A stretch of 17,251 nucleotides of DNA. Origin: Candidatus Thorarchaeota archaeon. GTDB taxonomy: Archaea > Asgardarchaeota > Thorarchaeia > Thorarchaeales > Thorarchaeaceae. A program made the translations under genes and the position numbers. Each line of letters starts with the position of its first letter. The stretch's first letter is position 1. Where the stretch lies: contig PRDI01000080.1 in NCBI GenBank assembly GCA_003345595.1, forward strand, positions 1 to 17,251, written 5' to 3'. The notes beneath the pieces were generated by a model. The model did no database searches and was not told the origin of the DNA. It saw only the letters and a list, made by a program, of their open reading frames with translations. Positions 15,382 to 17,251 of the stretch are shown piece after piece.

Positions 15382-16887
15382 ATGGTTGAAGGTGAGTTGC
15401 CAGTTCTGTCGTCGCAAGAAAGGACTCAGCCTGGACCATACAGGATTGTTATTGGCACCGGATTTGGGATTCTGTTGAGTGCTCTGGATTCATCGGTCGT
15501 CAACGTTTCTCTCGTCACGATGTCGGTCGGCTTTGGAGTTGAGATAGAGCAAATCGAATGGGTTGTTCTTGCCTACCTTGTTGTGCTGACGGCCGCGATG
15601 CCTCTCATGGGCAAGCTTGGAGATCGTAGCGGCAAGAAGAAGGTGTTTCAGACCGGTATGGCACTCTTCATCATGGGCTCTGCAGCTTGTGCAATGTCCT
15701 CGCAGTTTCTGGTTCTTATTGCGTTCAGGGTTTTCCAAGCTGTCGGTGCAAGCATGATGACAGCAAACGGCTTGGCGCTCGTGACCTACTTCACGACTCC
15801 GGACAACCGAGGAAGGGCAATAGGCCTGAACTCAGTCATCCTTGCATCAGCGCTTGGATTTGGCCCGGTTGTCGGAGGAATACTCACTCAGTTCTTCGGT
15901 TGGCCTAGTGTCTTTCTCATTAATATACCACTGGGACTGATAGGGCTTATCGTGGGTGCAGTCATAATCCAGGAAACAGACCCCGTCAAGGAAACGAGGT
16001 TCGACCTGCTGGGGGGAACTCTGTTCTTCGTAGTCCTCTTCACTGCCGTCTTCATGTTGTCTCTCGTAGACATCGTGAACGTATCAGTAATCATGTTCCT
16101 TGCTCTGATTCCAGTGACAACCTTTGTTGTCTTCCTCCACAGGGAGAGAACGTTCTCGTCGCCTATCATTCCGACAAGAGTATTGGCTGATAGAAGAATC
16201 TCAGCAGGGTTCTTCTCAGCCTTTTTGTCGTTCATGGCGATGAGCCCGGTTTCGTTTCTCATGCCATTCTTACTTCAGGAAGCTCTTGGATTCTCTCAGT
16301 CCCTGACAGGTGTATACCTGACTGCATACCCATTGACAATAGCTGTGATGGGCCCAGTGTCTGGTTTCATATCAGAGAGGGTGCAGGCACGTAGGCAGAC
16401 CGTAATCGGGCTATGTTTCCAGCTGGGAGGTCTTGTCCTTCTCGGCGTGGCAATGCCGAACATACCTCTTATGTTCCTCTCGGTGGTCGTTTCGGCCGTC
16501 GGTACTGGATTGTTTACGGTCGCGAACAGCAACTTCATGATGACAACCGCGCCGCGTAACTACATGGGGGTAATCAGCGCACTGACGAATGTTTCAAGGA
16601 CAGCGGCGTTTTCGATCGCCACCGCTCTTTCGACTGCAGTTTTCGTTTTCTTCTTTGTAGGCATGAATCCTGAAGGACTAACTTCGGGTCCCGAGTATGT
16701 AAATGCCTACATCGCCTCTGTGCGACTCGCGGTCTGGACCTTCAGCCTACTTGCAGGTATCGCAGTCATCATTTCTGCTCTAAGAGGTGTGAATGCTGTC
16801 GAAATGGATCGGCAGGCCAGAAGAATCTCTGCAATGACCTTTGCTGATAGAGCCGCACAGGACGAACATGCACAGGCATCGAACTAG
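15382..16887 (+). CDS. DHA2 (EmrB/QacA-like) MFS drug/H+ antiporter
   Basis: LDSSVVNVSL (motif D1), WVVLAYL, GKLGDRSGKKKVF (motif A), RVFQAVG, GPVVGGILT (motif C), WPSVFLINIPLG (motif H); about 14 TM segments. The start could instead be GTG 15373. Confidence 0.93.
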   Translation: MVEGELPVLSSQERTQPGPYRIVIGTGFGILLSALDSSVVNVSLVTMSVGFGVEIEQIEWVVLAYLVVLTAAMPLMGKLGDRSGKKKVFQTGMALFIMGSAACAMSSQFLVLIAFRVFQAVGASMMTANGLALVTYFTTPDNRGRAIGLNSVILASALGFGPVVGGILTQFFGWPSVFLINIPLGLIGLIVGAVIIQETDPVKETRFDLLGGTLFFVVLFTAVFMLSLVDIVNVSVIMFLALIPVTTFVVFLHRERTFSSPIIPTRVLADRRISAGFFSAFLSFMAMSPVSFLMPFLLQEALGFSQSLTGVYLTAYPLTIAVMGPVSGFISERVQARRQTVIGLCFQLGGLVLLGVAMPNIPLMFLSVVVSAVGTGLFTVANSNFMMTTAPRNYMGVISALTNVSRTAAFSIATALSTAVFVFFFVGMNPEGLTSGPEYVNAYIASVRLAVWTFSLLAGIAVIISALRGVNAVEMDRQARRISAMTFADRAAQDEHAQASN

Positions 16888-16906
16888 GGAAATCACGAGG
16901 GTGCTA

Positions 16907-17251
16907 TCAAATTCCGAAGGCATCAGCAATAGTCAGTATGCGCCGTCTGAAGTCTGGATGGTCTAGGACAAGCAGTCTGGCGCCGACTTCACTATCGAAC
17001 ATGAGTCTGTTTGGATTCTCACGAAGAACACGGAGTAGTTCCTTTATCTCATCTGGCGAGAGCCTACGGTTTCCGTCATGATCAACTTGGCGCCAGTCCA
17101 CTTTCGCTGCCACGGGGCCAGTCGCTGTCGCCGGCGCAGGGCCTCGCTTCTCTGTCAAGTACTTCAGGGCAGGCAAGATTGCCTCTTTTATCTGTTCGTC
17201 TGATAGCGCGACGCCATAAGCGTCCCTTAGATGCTTGAGCCGCGTGGAAAG
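16907..17251 (-). CDS. C-terminal 114 aa of a gene truncated by the window edge; possibly the post-catalytic helical domain of a homocitrate/isopropylmalate synthase-like enzyme
   Basis: The frame is open from 17251 (LSTRLKHLRDAYGVALSDEQIKEAILPALKYLTEKRG...), so the TTG at 17176 is probably internal. GVALSDEQIKEA..LK and RRLSPDEIKELLR resemble the helices that follow the HMGL barrel. The product call is weak. Confidence 0.5.
   Translation of the reverse strand, partial: LSTRLKHLRDAYGVALSDEQIKEAILPALKYLTEKRGPAPATATGPVAAKVDWRQVDHDGNRRLSPDEIKELLRVLRENPNRLMFDSEVGARLLVLDHPDFRRRILTIADAFGI

Noticed and set aside
254-16538. Numerous alternative-frame and antisense ORFs of 60-180 aa (e.g. 398-910, 6047-6490, 10830-11372, 13717-14127, 15888-16262)
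   Set aside because: They lie largely within well-supported genes, have no motifs, and show the composition expected of shadow frames.

Overview
Gene-dense archaeal window with no rRNA, tRNA, CRISPR array or transposase visible. A Rab-like small GTPase without a prenylation cysteine, TATA-like boxes about 37-70 nt upstream of most genes and an archaeal RHD-type histidine kinase point to an Asgard archaeon, probably Thorarchaeia (inference, not a database result). Left to right: the 3' end of an ABC ATPase and two ABC-2 permeases; a GPH/MelB-family MFS symporter; a Cys-rich V4R/DUF6144-like protein divergent from an LLM-class oxidoreductase; an acyl-CoA dehydrogenase; a second MFS; the Rab-like GTPase, divergent from a His/Trp-rich small membrane protein and an MJ0042-type zinc-ribbon 4-TM protein; a paralogous second GPH symporter; a Pol-beta-type nucleotidyltransferase-like protein divergent from an orphan GAF-PAS histidine kinase; a DHA2 drug/H+ antiporter; and the 3' end of a gene cut by the right edge. 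The best candidate for an undescribed system is the GTPase / small membrane protein / zinc-ribbon membrane protein cluster (8941-11051), but within this window that rests on adjacency and analogy only. Several ORF-track starts are probably too far upstream and were reassigned.
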